A stretch of 61,660 nt of DNA, counting the filler, from Basidiobolus ranarum (taxonomy: Eukaryota), in assembly GCA_040143965.1 (NCBI GenBank). It is 15 parts of 15 records of this genome, joined end to end, with 100 filler letters (N's around TTAATTAATTAA, not from the genome) between each part and the next. Parts side by side here need not be neighbours in the genome. Positions count along the whole stretch, not along the records: positions 37,100 to 41,114 come from JASJQH010002159.1; positions 41,215 to 45,227 come from JASJQH010002160.1; positions 45,328 to 49,337 come from JASJQH010002161.1; positions 49,438 to 53,446 come from JASJQH010002162.1; 11 more parts are not named here. One strand, 5' to 3'. The notes beneath the pieces were generated by a model. That model was given only the letters and a program-made list of their open reading frames with translations, was not told where the DNA came from and ran no database searches. Positions 37,000 to 50,263 of this stretch are shown here, in pieces. How positions within the stretch are numbered: the first letter of the stretch is position 1; each line of letters starts with the position of its first letter. The position numbers and the translations under genes were made by a program.

Positions 37000-37101
37000 N
37001 NNNNNNNNNNNNNNNNNNNNNNNNNNNNNNNNNNNNNNNNNNNTTAATTAATTAANNNNNNNNNNNNNNNNNNNNNNNNNNNNNNNNNNNNNNNNNNNNC
37101 C

Positions 37102-37515
37102 AAAGGAATTCTCAAATTTATGGTTTTCATTGGACCCATCTCGTCAATTTTTGATATCTCCACCTTTATCTACATGTGGTATTATTTTGGAGCCAACACC
37201 GCCGAACAGCAATCACTTTTCCAGACTGGATGGTTTGTTATTGGACTACTCACACAAACTTTGATCGTTCACATGATTCGAACCCCTCTCATTCCATTTT
37301 TCCAAAGTCGTGCATCTTTACCATTACTTTGCTCTACTGGTACAGTGATGGCGATTGGGTTTATCATTCCCTTTACACCACTCCGGGATGCCCTTTCTAT
37401 GGTGACTCTTCCAGGGATGTATTACCCATATTTGTTTTCAGCATTACTTGCCTACTGTTTATTGACACAAACGGTTAAAACCATTTACATTCGCTATTTC
37501 CATAGTTGGTTGTGA
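37102..37515 (+). CDS. mgtA: Mg2+-transporting P-type ATPase (type IIIB, MgtA/MgtB-like), C-terminal fragment
   Basis: FMVFIGPISSIFD, LFQTGWFV.GLLTQTLIVHMIRT..IPFFQSRAS and Y..LTQ.VK..YIR...WL* are characteristic of MgtA/B C-termini. Confidence 0.88.
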   Translation, partial: KGILKFMVFIGPISSIFDISTFIYMWYYFGANTAEQQSLFQTGWFVIGLLTQTLIVHMIRTPLIPFFQSRASLPLLCSTGTVMAIGFIIPFTPLRDALSMVTLPGMYYPYLFSALLAYCLLTQTVKTIYIRYFHSWL

Positions 37516-39899
37516 GTTTAATGGAATTCGAAAAATTCAATATTTAGTAAATCCAGATCGTATCTAGTTACGAAGATTCCATTTCAACATTCCATTAAAA
37601 TAAAAACTACCTTGGAAGAGATTTAATGCCTAGATACATCAAGAAATGATTTGGTTAACGATGATTACCTTTATGCCGTAAATAGGTATGAATAAGATTC
37701 ATACGCTAAAGATGGAATGTTCTCTTTTAATCCATGTAATTCAACATATATATATATGAAATGCTTTGGCAGTCTAGAAATCATTATGATGAGCCAGAAT
37801 TCCGCATGAGTGGAATTAGTTAGTTACGTCAGATAGATTAATTTGAAAGATAAAAGATTTGGTTTAAATGAAGATATTTAATAAATTGTAAAGGTGGCAA
37901 GTTTGGATGCGAATATTGCCACTTGAGAATAAATAGCCAAAGATTTTCTATTGAATAGCTTATGGCACAATAAAAATACCGTATTCTGCAGCTATATTTG
38001 CATCAATTAAATTCCAAGTAGAAGCTTCTCTTGATATATTGTAAGAGATACATATCATAATATTGTAGTTATATACACAGTGCATTTTCTAAATACACAG
38101 TACACTTACCCTGTACAAATTTGGCAATGTCACCAAAATGCCTGGCCAAAATTTACCCAAGCAGTTACTAGCATTCCAAATTAATTCGATTTTTTTACAA
38201 TCACCCGGTTAAATAAACTTCAGTTTCTTATGCATGATTCAACTCATTAAGCTCTTAGATCACGTTGTCAGTCATGTGATTATCTTCATTAGAATATGCT
38301 TAATCACTGAACCAATCACAAGCGGCACCTACTTAGCATGTATTTATTTGGTCAAAATATCTGGAGATTACTCAATGTAGCAGCTTGAAATTTTTGATAT
38401 TTGGCCTATTTTAATATCTTGGTTTGCAACCAATTATCTCCTAACGGAGTAGACAATATCAGTGAATACATGGAAAACAATACTGAAATTATAAGCTTGA
38501 GAGGTGTAGTATTGAAAGCATAGGACAATGCTGACTTACTGGAGAAGATACCTACAAAATCAATTAATTATATAAATAGCAAAAACCGTAGCCAGGTCAA
38601 CACAACGCAAATGGACAATATAACTGCGAATAAAGAGACAATCTAAGAGGAAGCATAACTACAGTTTGCTTTAGAGAGTATTGAGGGGTTTGAGAAATGA
38701 AGTTATTTAGAATTTTAGTAGTGATCATTTGTTGACTACAAATAAAGTATTTATACTCTTGGTTGAAAGGTGAAAATACACAGTAGATCTATTTTGAGAA
38801 TATGTGTGGTGAAATGAATTAATATTGGGTTGATTTAGATGACTTTCAAATTCTAAGTTTAATGTTATTATTTCATATAGACTTACCCTAACCCTAGCTT
38901 TTGCACCACTTTTTGACTAAGGTCTATTTGACTCAATAGTGTTGACTGACCTAAATGTTTTATATGAAATAATCGAGTAGATAAAGGCGGGAAAAATAAA
39001 TATGTTTAACATATTAAACCTCAGCAACTGGTTGATCCTGTAGTGGCAAGAGAGCTACAAGCTCAAGTAATACAACACTTACAGATATATATATATTACA
39101 AATAGTGGCTTCTAAGAGAAGCTTAGTTGATCAACTTGCAAACAACTAAGTCATAGCAAAAAGTGAGTTGGCAAGCAAGCAACATTATTAAGTTACCTAA
39201 TATAAAACATAATGAGGTAGCAAGAATGAATTTTCTAATTAAGACTACTATATTCAAAGTCACCAGGTAAACTCTCAAAATCTGATGGAGATTCTATATT
39301 TCAAACTAGTCAAGAGTAAATTGAATACACTTGCGTATGGATACGTGGAAGTATGATAATTTAATCTCGAACTCAATACTGTACTAGTCACTGGCATTTA
39401 ATACAGAGATGATGGAAACTAAAATATCCATCATTGAAATGTTACAACTGGAAGGCTAAGGTAAGACCTTTTTGTGTGGATCGGATTGTACTCACTACCT
39501 TCTAAAATATTTTAACCAGAGGAGGCACTTCAATTTCAATTCCTTGGCAGCTATTTAGCTAAGATCCATGCTTGGTGGCTAAGGAACAACTTGCTCATTA
39601 TGATGCAAAACTTCATGAGGTAATTTAGTTGAAGTTTGTATAAGGGTGGAATTGATAACGCTATATTGAATACTTTGGATACCCATCATGGTCCTCAACA
39701 GAGGATTATAAAAATATATGTAGCCTTTCATCAAGGTCACTATTTGGCTTTACTCCTTCACGATATACAGCACAGAGCCTTCAGCCAATATGTCATGTAC
39801 CTCATGAATAAAGTTATGTGATGAAAATACTCGTAATTATGATAATATAATTACCGAATCATACATAAACTTGCTTACATGATATCCATTTGACAGCCT

Positions 39900-40520
39900 A
39901 TTGCACCCCTTTATGCTTTTGAGTGAGAGTCTCACTTGATTGGTAAGTATCGTCACAATAAGCAACACGATATGCCAGTGTTGGGTAAAGAAAGACCTGT
40001 TTGAACCTTTAGATCTACAGTTCATCATGCTAGACTTTGAGAGTCGGACTCCAACCGGCTGGTTGAAATCTATACATCATTAAATAGGATCTAATAGTTA
40101 TCCTGACACGTATGTTGACACATTATAGAGATGAAATTCATCTAGTATTTTCTGGAATCTCTTCACAGGTTAAGTGATTAACTGGCGGTATTGTTTCCAG
40201 ATAAAAGCTTTTTCCCAGGTGAATAAAAGTTCAAGTAGTGTTCCATCTCGAGGAGCAACTCAAGTATGAAGATTCGAGAGATGGATGGTATTTTTCTTAT
40301 CGTGAAATCTCCCAATCTTCCCAGAGATGTTTGTTTTCCGACCAAAAGGTTTCCACTTCCATGATCTTTGATTTTGCACTACTATGAACAAAGTGATCCA
40401 ATGTTGATGATCCCGTTATCGATATGCACTTCACTGCAATATCTGTAAATGCCAATTATTCTGACTTAAGAGAACCACAGTTATCAATATTAAGCACTCA
40501 TTGTCTAGGATTGCTTCTTC
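39900..40520 (-). mobile_element. Possible degenerate hAT transposase remnant
   Basis: Broken minus frames contain IDN.. and SRWNTT, resembling the hAT TDN and RWNST motifs. Heavily decayed. Confidence 0.3.
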
Positions 40521-41214
40521 GTTTTGACATTTGACACCAATCCATTCAATTCATATATAGAGGGAAACCAAGACTATATGGCCTGAGACATGTAGAGGCA
40601 TTGATTTGCTTTGAATCTCAGTGTTCACTAGGACCTGCTTGTGCTGAATAGAATCATGTGTTTTGGATACGCTACCAGAATGGAAATAATCAATTTGGAA
40701 TTAATTCCAAAGCGATTAATATTAGTTCCAATTCAACCATTTTATGGTTCATACTCTGTTGTTACTGAAACACATTCGTAATGTTTCGATCCAAGTTCGA
40801 GATTAGTCTATAATGTTTACCATAATGGAAAAATATTACTCGGAATGGAAATAAGCATACCATTCAGTCTTAGAAAACTGGAATTCAATATGGAGTGATG
40901 AGACTGAACGAGTGAAAAAGGAAATATATTATGCGTGTTGAATTTACTTCAATTGCCGTTAACATGATTCGCTTATATTTTTGAATGGGGGTGGTTGGGT
41001 GAAGGTGGACAAATAAGGGATTTGAATGGACGAAAAAGGTTAGAAACCAGAAACTCAATATACATGAGCACATGGCTGAGTCCGAAGGTCCTCTTTCGAT
41101 TTGGTGACTGATGCNNNNNNNNNNNNNNNNNNNNNNNNNNNNNNNNNNNNNNNNNNNNTTAATTAATTAANNNNNNNNNNNNNNNNNNNNNNNNNNNNNN
41201 NNNNNNNNNNNNNN

Positions 41215-43800
41215 TATAAATTGCTTATTGTTACACATTCAGTAATTTGTAAGTTGCAAACTAGGGGATGAACTTGCTTTGTCAGTTACCCAAAATCATA
41301 ATTTGGCAATACTAAATTGGGTAACTTGGTATGGGCTGGCCCAATATCTCCAAAAAAATCATCATGCCTGATTGTGGTGGGATAGTGCAATATTGTTCCT
41401 TATAGCATCCAATGGAGTGTTATAGGACCCAGCCATGGTAATTGACAGATCAAGCCAGATGGTGTACTAGCAGGCTGGATTGAGTGGCAAAATCTGACCT
41501 GGTCTAATGGAACAAGTCTATTGATCTTATCTCAAATGGCCCATTCATATTGAGTTTTCAACTATAGAGCTGAGTAAGTAGTATGTGAATTTTTTTGAAT
41601 AGTAAGTTCCTAGTACCTGATGGGAAGCTCTGGCTCCAGCTGATCCCCTTTTGCAATATAATTCTAAGCTTATGGCTAATACCAAGTTTGATGTTAGACT
41701 GACTTTTGGTGAATTTGTATCAGTGATCATGTTGAAATCTGACTGGGCTCTTCATGGTAAAATCATGGAGCTTAGTTTTGTATTTGTATAGTAGTAATGC
41801 ATATGCCTGATAGGGTAAACTACATTGATTTGACAAAATCTGCAGCACAAGAGTGCATTCCCTAACAAAAATAAAATTGATTTAATCCGGATTGGATCAT
41901 CACTGATTTTGCTGATACTTTGTTAATCAGATTAGCATATGGTAATACTGACAATATAACATAGAGCGTCATTTCACCACAGGTGCGCTCCATTGGGAAC
42001 TCCCAGAATGTATAGCAAGGTCCTATAATCTCTAAGCATTGTTAAAGATCCAGCAGGGAATGTATTGAAAACTGGCATAGATTCAATCTATCTTCTTTAA
42101 ACCAGTAATAAAGTTTTTCATATCCAATTGCAAAATCTTTGCACAGTGTATCCGCCTGAGATCTGCCAAGGTGAGTAGATGCTGTAAGAATATATCAACA
42201 ATGTTGACAAACAAATATGGCAAAATCATGGAGGTTAGTTTTGTATTTGGACAGTAGTAATGTGTATGCCTGATTGATTAGACACCATTGATTGGACAAA
42301 ATCTACAGCAAGATAGTGCATTGTGCTTGCAAAAACCTGCAAGTTCACTGATGGCAGGAGTGTCACCAATACATAGAACAATATTTGCTTCAATAAAATA
42401 TCAACCCATTGGAACCGCATTAGATAACTGTTCAAATTCAGCAATCAAAGGCTCCAAGAAGCTATCTATAAGCACTGGCAATATAGGTCCAGATATGATG
42501 GATAGTATCAAAAAATATGACTCTTATATCACTCAGAAGGAGGAACAATTATGTTAATTAAAGTTACTGGCCAGCAAGCCTTTCAACTGCATATTTGTTT
42601 AGCAAGAAACCATCCAGAGGCAATGCAAATGCCTGATCATATGTGTTCTCAAAGTAACCTTGACTTTTCAGATTCTGGTTGTGATATCCATCAGGTATAT
42701 TGGTAATACCATCAGCATTATGGTGAGTACTTTAGTATTGGATCAATGATCCATATTTGGGTGATTTCATTGGAACTATAAGATGGAGAATCAATAGTAT
42801 GAAAGCCAAATATGAATGATATTTACCTGATTTGGTGATTGCCAATTGTGTGCAAACAGTACATGACTTCAGATTTTTCTGATCACCAGTGAATGCCAAA
42901 CAGCCATTTGGACATGAAGGTAGTTTAATTACTGATGGATTATGTGTTGTACAATTGACAAGTGTTTTCTACCTGTACCAGGTCTGTGGCAAGCAACAGT
43001 TGCCAATCAACTGTGGTAAAAGTGTAAGAAAACCAATAAACACCTGGTTGCTAAGACTGGATTGAACTCTCAACTCCTCAATAATCAAAGCTGCTTCCTT
43101 TAGAGTAAGTGTTATGAGTGGACTAATGTTTGCCAATAACAAAAAGTCCATAACAAAACTGTCATCTTCTTCTCCAACTTCTGATAAACTACCATTGGTA
43201 CTGGAATAACCAAGGTCTGGAATATGTTTATTCAACACGTGGCACCTCTCAACAAGCCAAAATGCCAGGAAATAAAACTGGCAGCTTTCCAACCTCATCA
43301 GATAACTTCAAAGTGTTGAATTTAGACCCAAACCTGAAGGCAAACAAAAAGCCCCACAAACACCAAAAAGCACTCTCAGTAGCATCACACTACAAGGACA
43401 TATAAAATAGTCACAGTGCTTGAGCAGTATTTTCAAAAGTATGAAGGGAAAAATGGAGTACAAATATGCAGAAAGTGGCTTCAGAAGAAGAACTTTCAAC
43501 TTGACATTCAGTCTGGTGTTGACCATGAAGTTATCTGGGAAGAAATTAATACAAAGTGGCACAACATTGCAGGGTATTTGCCAGATAGCTAGAAGAATGT
43601 TGATTCAGCAATGTTAATACAATGGTGGGCTTTGCTGGAGATATTGATACAAACTTGTGTTGGATTTGAGCTAAACTTTGGGTATGAAGAACTCTATAAA
43701 AATATTTGGGAGAATATATCAAAGAAACTAGAGATTTCAAAGGTGACAAATTAGCATTCAAGTGGTAACTGTGTAAAATTTGAGTTATGTTTTTGCACAA
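41215..43800 (-). mobile_element. Degenerate CACTA/EnSpm-like transposon remnants (same family as 32984-36237)
   Basis: The minus strand gives DQAFALPLDGF and YTFWEFPMERTCG..PYANL. About 42600-43230 is an inverted homologue of about 33770-34370 (EEDD.FVMD.LLLA.ISP.ITLT.KEA in both). Confidence 0.65.
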
Positions 43801-44092
43801 GTGTTGATCCAGAGTTCTCTGGATTGTAGTCAATTGTGAGTAGCTATTTTGCAAGATCTTTAAATCTTACTCCTGAAACTTCAAAAATTAATTAAAATGA
43901 AATCTAACTTGATGGTTTTATGATGGTAAGTAAACAATCATTCCAAATAGATTAAAATTGCGATGGTTTTTCTGCAATAACAATTCTCAAATTTCTTTTA
44001 GGGGCTCAATCTGCATTTCTTGGTGGGTAATAATAGCTAAGATTTTTCTGATTCAGGTAAGCTTGGCAACCAGAGAAAATGTTTCATCACAG

Positions 44093-44340
44093 TCAATGCC
44101 AAATTTCCAAGCATAGCCTAACTACTAATCTTGCTTTATACAGGTCAATCAATCCATCTGAGTCAAGTTTCAGTTTCAGCACCCATCTATTACCAATAGT
44201 TTTTCTTCCAGTAGGTAATTCCTCAAGTATGCATTGGATATTCTTGATTAGGGAGTGAATTTCATCATTAGTTGCTTTTCTCCATTCTGTCGCTTCATCA
44301 GATATCAGAGCTTTTGTCAAATTTTCTGGTTCCAAAAATG
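44093..44340 (-). mobile_element. Ty1/copia reverse transcriptase N-terminal fragment
   Basis: EPENLTKAL..EWRKATNDEIHSL..LPTGRKTIGNRWVLKLK..DG..YKARLV. Confidence 0.85.
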
Positions 44341-45327
44341 CTATATGTGTAAATATATTCTACCCTTTTTCTGAATTGAATCCGTTGATTTCATACTCTG
44401 ATATGGGACATCCAGAGTCTTTGGTGGAATGGTCAGATGTTTCACTTACAAGATGTTTCCGATTTCTATTTGGCAGGATTTCTGAGACCAGATTTCCTGA
44501 ATTTTTTGTACAATTAAATACTTGTTCTTTTGATTGTATGCTTGCAATGATTATTTGCTTCCAATGTCCACTATATTGAGAGTAGGATATTTCTTAAGTA
44601 CATGATTGGTAAGAAAATTATGGCCTTGTTTCTGTGCCCAACCTCCTGATTCTTGAGTGACTGCAAAAATATCTGTTTCATGATTATTATATTTTTCATA
44701 GGCAGAGATAACATGCTGATTTGCAGAAGCTTGTTACAAATTATCAATATCCTCAGAATAATTATCAGATTCTCTGGTATCATGTGATGCATTTCCAGTT
44801 TTGTCAAATGTTTCACTACTCTTATGGCTGCTTGATTCCACAATATCATATAATAGTTTGTCTTCTTGGTTTCAGTACTTGCAGTGAGTCTTGGGATAGG
44901 TTTATTGCTTGTTGGTTTTTTGCTAGGAATATTCATCACAGTAATTGATAATTATTTGAGCTTTGTTATAAATTCATTGATTGCTGATGTTTTAGACCAT
45001 GTCCCAGATGTGATATTTTCTAAATTTGGATAATGTTAATAGATAGTTTCAGATTCAAAATTTGGCCTAATTCCAGTATCTATTTGCAATAATCATTTTC
45101 CAAGTTCTTTTAAGTACTTGTTAGCTCAAGATAGGTTTCAGAACTCATTAATTCAGAATATGAGCATCTGAGAAACTGATTTTCAGCCAAGATCAAATTC
45201 CCTTGATTAGAAGATCTGAGATCTTTTNNNNNNNNNNNNNNNNNNNNNNNNNNNNNNNNNNNNNNNNNNNNTTAATTAATTAANNNNNNNNNNNNNNNNN
45301 NNNNNNNNNNNNNNNNNNNNNNNNNNN

Positions 45328-45679
45328 TCCCAAAGACGGTGGCCCCAAGGATGGCGGTAATCCAAAAGACGGAAGCAATGGCAATCCCAAAGATGGTGGC
45401 CCCATGGATGGTGGTAACAACTCCGCCAATGGAAACCCTAAGGGAGGTGACAACGGTGACTCTAAAAAGAGTGATAATCCTAAAGATGGTGGTAACAATT
45501 CTAGCAATGGCCCAGATAGCCCTAAAGATAGTAACCACAATGGAGGCGGCAATAATAGTGGCAATAATCCACCTCCTAATCCACCTCCAAGTAAGAAACC
45601 GCCGAAAAAGGGATGTAACCGCCTTATTAATCTCAACCTCAATCTTTTGGGACTTCCTATTAAAGCTTGTCTCCTCTGA
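45328..45679 (+). CDS. C-terminus of a Gly/Asn/Asp/Pro-rich protein with a short Cys-bracketed hydrophobic tail (5' truncated)
   Basis: Repeated PKDG(G/S) motifs and a PPPNPPP linker, ending in GCNRLINLNLNLLGLPIKACLL*. The frame is open from the contig start. Confidence 0.6.
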
Positions 45680-46040
45680 TCATATTTCAAGATGCAATAC
45701 CGTTAAAGTTAGAATTAGACATATCAATTTGATAGAAGCGATGCCTTGGCCAACTATGCCATGTTTGTTCATTTGAGTCAACTAAAGCTCATAGCTGATA
45801 ATATTTCTTAAGAATAAAGAATCTTACCCACTTGAAGTCTTTTACAGTTTTGCATTGCAAGTGCAAATAAACGCAATTTCGAAACTTCCAAGCATAATAT
45901 CAATCAATTATTGCCTTATAGCTTGACATACTCCAAGATAGACTGAATTACAGATTTGTAAGTTAAAAGTGAGTTTTATTGGTACCACGGAATCATAATG
46001 TGAAGAATATAAGTTAAACTCAAGACTTTGGATGTCAAAG

Positions 46041-46919
46041 TTAGCAAGTACCCAAGTCAGTCCAGACATTTTGCTTACCAGGAATTTCATTTTGGGTCCA
46101 CCATTTTGCTTGCCAAAGATGCCCATTATATGTAACCTTTTGAGCCCCGTTGTATGCGGTGCTAGCTTTCCATTCCCCTACACCATTACAAGGGCCAGTT
46201 CCGGGATTTTCGGTGGTAGTTGGTGCAGATGTCGTAGTAGCACTTGTAGTGGTAGAAGGCTTAGTTGTAGGATCAGGATTGGACCCGTTGTCAGTGGGGC
46301 CAACGGTAATGGTAGGCCGTTGGTCAAGCAGTTCTCGACCGTCACCCTGTCCAAGATTCATCTCTGGAATGGTAGGATATCCAGGCAGATTAGCAACTAA
46401 CAACTTAGGACCAGTAACCTTACCACCAGGAGTGCCACCCTTGATTTTGATGTCAATGCAATTCATGTAGTACTCACGGTTACCTACAGCATTAATCCAT
46501 GTCCAAGCAAAAGTCAGCCGCTCGCTGGGAGGGGCTGTAGCAGGTAGAGGAACATCGAATTTAAGCCCATTTAAGAAGCAGTTACGAACGATAGTCTTCA
46601 ATACTACGAAAGTCTTGTCATTATCGTAAGATAATGCAAATTGACAATGACCACCACTGTGTGTATTTCCCTGAGGAAACTCGACAGAAATTGTATCACC
46701 TGCATTAAAAGTGTATTCAACTGGACCTGCCTTGTATCCTTTACATGGAAAAATCCCCAATGGACCGTTCATATCATAATCTATATCACCAATAGATTGA
46801 TAATATTTGCTGAAGGTAGACTTGCGTGGTGCTGGCGATTTTATCTCCATATGACACGAGACAGAGCCAAGTAGCATAGAGACGCACACTGCCAATGAAG
46901 AAAAAGTGAAAGCTCTCAT
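46041..46919 (-). CDS. AA11-type lytic polysaccharide monooxygenase with Thr-rich linker and C-terminal CBM5/12 chitin-binding domain
   Basis: The signal peptide ends just before His1 (SC-HMEI..PAPR). FPCKG, HSGGHCQFALSYD and FAWTWINAVGNREYYMNCIDI follow. The tail is W...TAY.G..KVTYNG..WQAKWWTQ..PG...VW. Intronless. Confidence 0.9.
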   Translation of the reverse strand: MRAFTFSSLAVCVSMLLGSVSCHMEIKSPAPRKSTFSKYYQSIGDIDYDMNGPLGIFPCKGYKAGPVEYTFNAGDTISVEFPQGNTHSGGHCQFALSYDNDKTFVVLKTIVRNCFLNGLKFDVPLPATAPPSERLTFAWTWINAVGNREYYMNCIDIKIKGGTPGGKVTGPKLLVANLPGYPTIPEMNLGQGDGRELLDQRPTITVGPTDNGSNPDPTTKPSTTTSATTTSAPTTTENPGTGPCNGVGEWKASTAYNGAQKVTYNGHLWQAKWWTQNEIPGKQNVWTDLGTC

Positions 46920-48804
46920 TATTCGATACGAAATTACTTATTGAAAGTGGTAGTTATTGAAATATTTAGGACTGAAGTCATACTTTTATAGATCTACAAA
47001 CTCGAGAAGGTCTACTCCAAGCTGAGAGAATTTAAACATAACAGAGTCGAGAACTCATTTGAGACGTGCTCCGGTCACAAGCTGCCTCTTGGACCGAATA
47101 CTTCCAGTTTGACTTACTTTGAAGTTGTCGTGCTTTTTGAGTAACTTTAATATTTACTACATATGTCAATGATCGTTCAACCGTACCGGTATCTATTTTC
47201 GTTTCAGAGGACTACCTTATGAAAATTTATGTGTCTATAGCATGTAAATTATCAACACTGGCTTCAGAGTTCAACTCGCCTCGATCATTTCAATAAATGA
47301 ATATATATAGTATATACGACATGGAAATGCGATATTCCATGCAACTAGCTCATAGAAAAATTAAACACCGCTTCAGCTGAGTAGCAGTAAAATGTGGGTG
47401 TTGAGACCAGAAGACATGGATGCGCATTTACAATGGCATTCTAAAAACTAAGAGATATATCTGCTTTGGCCATTGCTGAGCAATTTCTAAAATAATCTAC
47501 AAATATGGCAAGAGTAGGTTCATTATAAAGCGTGGGTATGAAATTCCAATTTGAGGTATATTTAACAAATAGTGTTACCTTAAAACTGGTTAAATAGAGT
47601 TATTGCACTTACTTTTCCATTGCTCGCCAGAAATAAATAGAGAAAATAAAAGCAGTGTGTGAATCCCAGGTAGCTCAATATACCAAATTTCAATACATCA
47701 TTGTTGGCCAATCCCACGAGCATTTCTAACACAAATCCCAAATCTTCTAGGCTGATTTAGAAACATATACTAAAGACGAACACAAGAAATATGCAGGAAT
47801 AAACTATCGAGCTCTTTTCGTATAGTTTCCATGTAGATATTCATAGAATTGTAAGCGTTGGGTAAGATGCTTATTATACGGTCCAAGGCAGGAACCTATT
47901 TTGAGTGCTTTGGCTCGCACCTGGACTAAGGCAAGCATGCACAGTATACTCACTCTATCGGAGCATAGTCTCTCTCTCAGTAGTAAGAGTGGCAGTCTCA
48001 TTATTACTCTCCATGAGCATACTCTCAGGTAGGACCGTAAACCTCTTCATTTACCGCCGATTGCCACAAATGATGAATCCCACGTGGATAGACTATTAGC
48101 CAGCTAATGACGACATCTGTGATATTGCAGCGCAGAATGTAATGGAGCTTTAGTTCTAGGCAACTCAGTTGTCTCTATTAAAGATTTGATCAAATTGTAG
48201 CCAGGCCTATTCAGTCAGTATCCAATCTCTTTAGAATATTTAGTTAAAAAAATCTATACTTCTAAATCCAAGTACGTAGCGATGCACACAGTACACTTCC
48301 ATTCGCTTGCTACATATTGGAGTGTACTTTGGGAAAATAAAGATGCTTTTCATGATCGATCTGCCTCGCCAATTACATATATACTAAAAGATACATAGAT
48401 TGGAGTTTTGAATTGTATTTGACCTCGTCAGTATAATGCCAATCTTATACTTGTGCGTCACCATACTTGATTTTATCACCACCATCAGATCTGAAGACAC
48501 AAGCTACCCAATCAACCAATATTCTGCATTCTAGTCTAACATCATGGACTATGTGTAGGACAATTGACTTCTTTCCCTCTCTTATTTCTGGCTAAAAATA
48601 ATCAGCCTCATCGGATATCCACCATCTTTAACACTACAAATCATCCCATTCTTGATACATTAAGATGACAGTAACAATACTACTACGCGTCACACTATCT
48701 TCCGGCTCAGTTGAATTTTAAGGTAGGAATTTATTAATAACTTGTCTTATTATTATGAATTCCTGGTTGACTATTCGACAAACTCAGAAAATGGACGACT
48801 ACAT

Positions 48805-49215
48805 CTATTGAGCATATGAAGGATCAATTTCAGCGGTCTTTTCTAAGCCGTATCCTTTGCCAACTCCAATACCACCGGATCCACTACCGCCGACGTCACC
48901 ATCTCCACTAACCTTACCACGATCTAATCCTGCTTCCCCGGATGCACCAAAGTTACCCTTGATGCCTCCACCTAATCCTGGAACGAATTTACTCTTGTAT
49001 CCACCTTGTCCAATTCCTCCAACTGATCCTGCGCCACTGGCAGAGATGTTCTCTTTGAGATAATCAAAGATTCCCTTGGCAAAAGATTGGATGGAGGCAT
49101 CTTGAGCATTAGCTTCCATAGCTCCGGCTTCAACAACCATTTGTTCTTGGGGAAGAGCGAGAGCAACTTGGCTGAAAGCAATAGCTCCGAGAACAACAGC
49201 AGCGAAAGATTTCAT
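48805..49215 (-). CDS. Small secreted glycine-rich protein
   Basis: MKSFAAVVLGAIAFSQVALALP signal peptide and a Gly-rich C-terminal half. TATAAA about 95 nt upstream. Confidence 0.75.
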   Translation of the reverse strand: MKSFAAVVLGAIAFSQVALALPQEQMVVEAGAMEANAQDASIQSFAKGIFDYLKENISASGAGSVGGIGQGGYKSKFVPGLGGGIKGNFGASGEAGLDRGKVSGDGDVGGSGSGGIGVGKGYGLEKTAEIDPSYAQ

Positions 49216-50195
49216 GTTGAAGCCAAGAGGGTCCGATGCGAGGACGGCAGAGAGTGGAACGAGGGCATAGAGGTAAGTATCAGATGCAACAAATTGATTT
49301 GATTTATAGGTTTGCTGTGGGCAGTTGTGCAGGTCTCNNNNNNNNNNNNNNNNNNNNNNNNNNNNNNNNNNNNNNNNNNNNTTAATTAATTAANNNNNNN
49401 NNNNNNNNNNNNNNNNNNNNNNNNNNNNNNNNNNNNNCAATGCCAAACCAAATGGAGGAGAGCGTTTCTTTAATCCTCTCACAGTAGTGAGCGCTGTGGC
49501 CATAGCACTAACTGGATATTATAATTATTAAACTCGCATGTTAAATGAAACAAGGAAGTAATAAAATGGATTGGAATCCTAGAGTGAATAAACTGTTAGT
49601 CTTTTATACGTGCATGAAATGGACTTGTGTATGGCAATTCAAGTCACAGCATTATGGTCAGTTTACTTGTATATGAACAACAAGAATCAGTTCTATGTAC
49701 GTGACATATTCATGTGATTAACATTTGTAATCATAGTCAACGTAGAGGTTTTATCTAATCATTATATAATCACAATCAACCCAGAGGCCTTCTCGATTGA
49801 CCGTATCAATATATACAATACAAATCACAGATCAAGTAGCTAAATCCAAGTAGGATTGCAATCAACAAAAGGTCAGCACCCAGAATTTCAGTTTAAAATT
49901 CAGAGATTGGTGGGAAACCATTGGTTCCTACCTAGCTATTCGTTTCACTTCATTGGATAGTAAGCTACAGAATTTTGGGTAAACACATGGAAAGTCTCTC
50001 ACTTGGCCAACCTTACCATATATGGTTTGTTTGTACACAAACCTCTTGCCCCAAATCCATTGCTTATTGGGAAAGTAGGGTTAGGTTGATCTGAGTTAGT
50101 GAGATTAGAGTTGGCGAAAAGAGCCTTACATCTACTACTATGGACTACCAATTGCCTCACTCTTGCTATGAGATAATGTTCGTTCGTATGTATAT

Positions 50196-50263
50196 ATACA
50201 CTATATACAATACACTCAATACATACACTATATACAATACACTCAATACATACACTATATACA
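50196..50263. repeat. 27-bp minisatellite, about 2.5 copies
   Basis: ATACACTATATACAATACACTCAATAC repeated in tandem. Confidence 0.8.

Noticed and set aside
38884-38897. TTACCCTAACCCTA, and TTTAGGGTTAG at about 24773, as telomere repeats
   Set aside because: Two units or fewer, internal, and expected by chance.
50196-50263. 27-bp repeats as a CRISPR array
   Set aside because: The repeats are directly adjacent with no spacers, there are no cas genes, and the context is eukaryotic. This is a minisatellite.
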